A stretch of 64,000 nucleotides of DNA from an uncultured bacterium. Lineage in GTDB: Bacteria > Myxococcota_A > UBA9042 > PHBI01. The stretch is from assembly GCA_938040325.1 (NCBI GenBank), contig CALHXW010000060.1:9080-73079 (forward strand), written 5' to 3'. The notes under the pieces are model-generated. The model worked only from the letters and a program-made list of their open reading frames with translations, was not told the DNA's origin and searched no databases. Numbering within the stretch: position 1 is the first letter of the stretch; each line of letters opens with the position of its first letter. The translations under genes and the position numbers were made by a program. This document shows positions 62,969-64,000 of this stretch, piece after piece.

Positions 62969-63895
62969 GTGAGCCGAACAGCACCCAGCCAGCTCCTTGC
63001 GCTTGCAGCTGGCAGCGTCCTAGCTGCGGTGATTGTGTTCGGCTCGCGAACGGCTGTCCTTGCCTGCTCGATATCAGGAACGTCGTTCGGCCCATCCCTG
63101 CCCCCGAGCGACGGGCTCACTCTTGGCTCTCGCCCCGTCTTCCTCGCGTTGGGTGCGTCGTCACCAAGGTTGATGGTGGTCGGTTCCTATGACCCGATTG
63201 CGCTAAGTCCGATCGATGGGTTCAACGATGTCGAGGCGGCGCACTCCGGTGGCAGTCTGACAGGATGGACACCCTCCGGGCAGCTTGCTCCGGGTGAGTA
63301 CCACCTACTCGGAGCGTTCGGGGACGTTGGCCCTGGGCGAACGTTCTTTGTGGACCCTGAGGTCATCGAGCCACCTCCACAACTTGAGGACGCCAACTTC
63401 CGTGTCGTCATCGACGACCCAGATGAAGACGAGAGCCTGAGCTGTTCGGGGTTCGGGAGTACCTGTGACGACATCGACTTCAGCTCGCTGACAATCGATT
63501 TCAACGCACCTGACAGCGTGGCTGGCGCGCTTATACGACTTGAGTTTCCGGGGAAAGCTCGAAGCACGACGAGGTTCGGTGGCGGCATCTTGGACTCAGC
63601 CACCGCGACAAGTAGCGGGACGTTTCAAAGAACCCATCTGTTCCGCAACGACAGCAGCCTGCCGGCGTCGTTCAAGACGTCGAGAGTGTGCGTGACTCTA
63701 TCCCCCGTCAGCAACAGCGGTGCGATCGGCACCCCAGTCGACTTAGGGTGTGCGAGGGCCGATGACGACGATCCGCGGGTGGTCGACACACGGGCTTGTG
63801 GTGCGTCGCCAAAGAGCTCAGACATCGTCTGGGTCGTGCTATCGGTTGCCATCCTTTGGGTTCGCCGGAGCACGGCGTACTCCCGCGCCTGTTAG
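62969..63895 (+). CDS. secreted hypothetical protein with MYXO-CTERM-like C-terminus
   Basis: A signal-like N-terminus is present. The C-terminus is …ACGASPKSSDIVWVVLSVAILWVRRS (Cys/Gly, hydrophobic stretch, basic residues). Confidence 0.6.
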   Translation: MSRTAPSQLLALAAGSVLAAVIVFGSRTAVLACSISGTSFGPSLPPSDGLTLGSRPVFLALGASSPRLMVVGSYDPIALSPIDGFNDVEAAHSGGSLTGWTPSGQLAPGEYHLLGAFGDVGPGRTFFVDPEVIEPPPQLEDANFRVVIDDPDEDESLSCSGFGSTCDDIDFSSLTIDFNAPDSVAGALIRLEFPGKARSTTRFGGGILDSATATSSGTFQRTHLFRNDSSLPASFKTSRVCVTLSPVSNSGAIGTPVDLGCARADDDDPRVVDTRACGASPKSSDIVWVVLSVAILWVRRSTAYSRAC

Positions 63896-63944
63896 CGCAG
63901 CAGTAGGTGCCAGACCCGAGCCTAGTCCGAAAACAAGCGCTCTT

Positions 63945-63975
63945 TCCCGCCCAATCCAAGACACCCACCTAATTT
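63945..63975. repeat. inverted copy of the 54172-54401 repeat core (GCCCAATCCAAGACACCCACCTAATTTCC = reverse complement of GGAAATTAGGTGGGTGTCTTGGATTGGGC)
   Basis: The 29-nt match is exact. The window ends before the rest of the element can be seen. Confidence 0.6.
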
Positions 63976-64000
63976 CCTAGCACGCGTGCAACCGCTCGGG

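Overview
This is a high-GC window (about 68-70% G+C by eye) from a myxobacterium (Myxococcota). The main evidence is three secreted proteins ending in a MYXO-CTERM-type sorting signal (Cys/Gly, hydrophobic stretch, RRR), 'Myxococcus cysteine-rich repeats' of the form CGDG..E.CDDGN...GDGC, many lipoproteins, and a sigma-54 enhancer-binding protein. Accessory and extracellular-matrix-like genes dominate the window. Two giant mosaic adhesin-like genes are present (4821-15821, 3666 aa; 40557-49298, 2913 aa). They are built from arrays of CDGxDNDCDG 'putative metal-binding' motifs, HYR domains, thrombospondin type-3 repeats and other Cys- or Asp-rich modules. A lipoprotein (27414-29957) carries about 16 calcium-binding EGF-like domains plus a C-terminal domain that aligns convincingly with collagen XV/XVIII endostatin. 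Several vWA-domain secreted proteins, a CotH-kinase-like lipoprotein and coiled-coil Lys/Ala-repeat lipoproteins are also encoded. The most unusual gene is a minus-strand lipoprotein (20603-23521). It has about 25 tandem copies of an 8-Cys, roughly 31-aa module, followed by a TlpA/redoxin-like domain whose CxxC active-site position is occupied by an in-frame TGA (W-TGA-P-S-C). A small hairpin lies 12 nt downstream. This is a strong candidate selenocysteine (UxxC) selenoprotein. Housekeeping and metabolic content includes an ABC-F ATPase, two SAM methyltransferases (one EgtD-like), a PhnA-like protein, a sigma-54 activator divergent from an nfeD-SPFH operon with a candidate -24/-12 promoter, and a tetR-MDR oxidoreductase operon divergent from an SDR gene with duplicated operator-like repeats. 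A parDE toxin-antitoxin pair, an AbgT transporter, and a Tat-dependent molybdopterin oxidoreductase operon in ttrBCA-like order (FeS, NrfD-type anchor, catalytic subunit, TorD-like chaperone) are also present. Non-coding curiosities include a roughly 190-bp hexanucleotide microsatellite in the promoter region of the Cys-repeat selenolipoprotein. A lower-GC single-gene segment (a DUF4143 AAA ATPase) is flanked by 17-bp direct repeats. A family of roughly 55-bp dispersed repeats occurs three times in tandem at about 54170-54400 and once inverted at the window end. No rRNA, tRNA, CRISPR or transposase genes were recognised. Coordinates of non-ORF features are read by eye and may be off by 1-2 nt.
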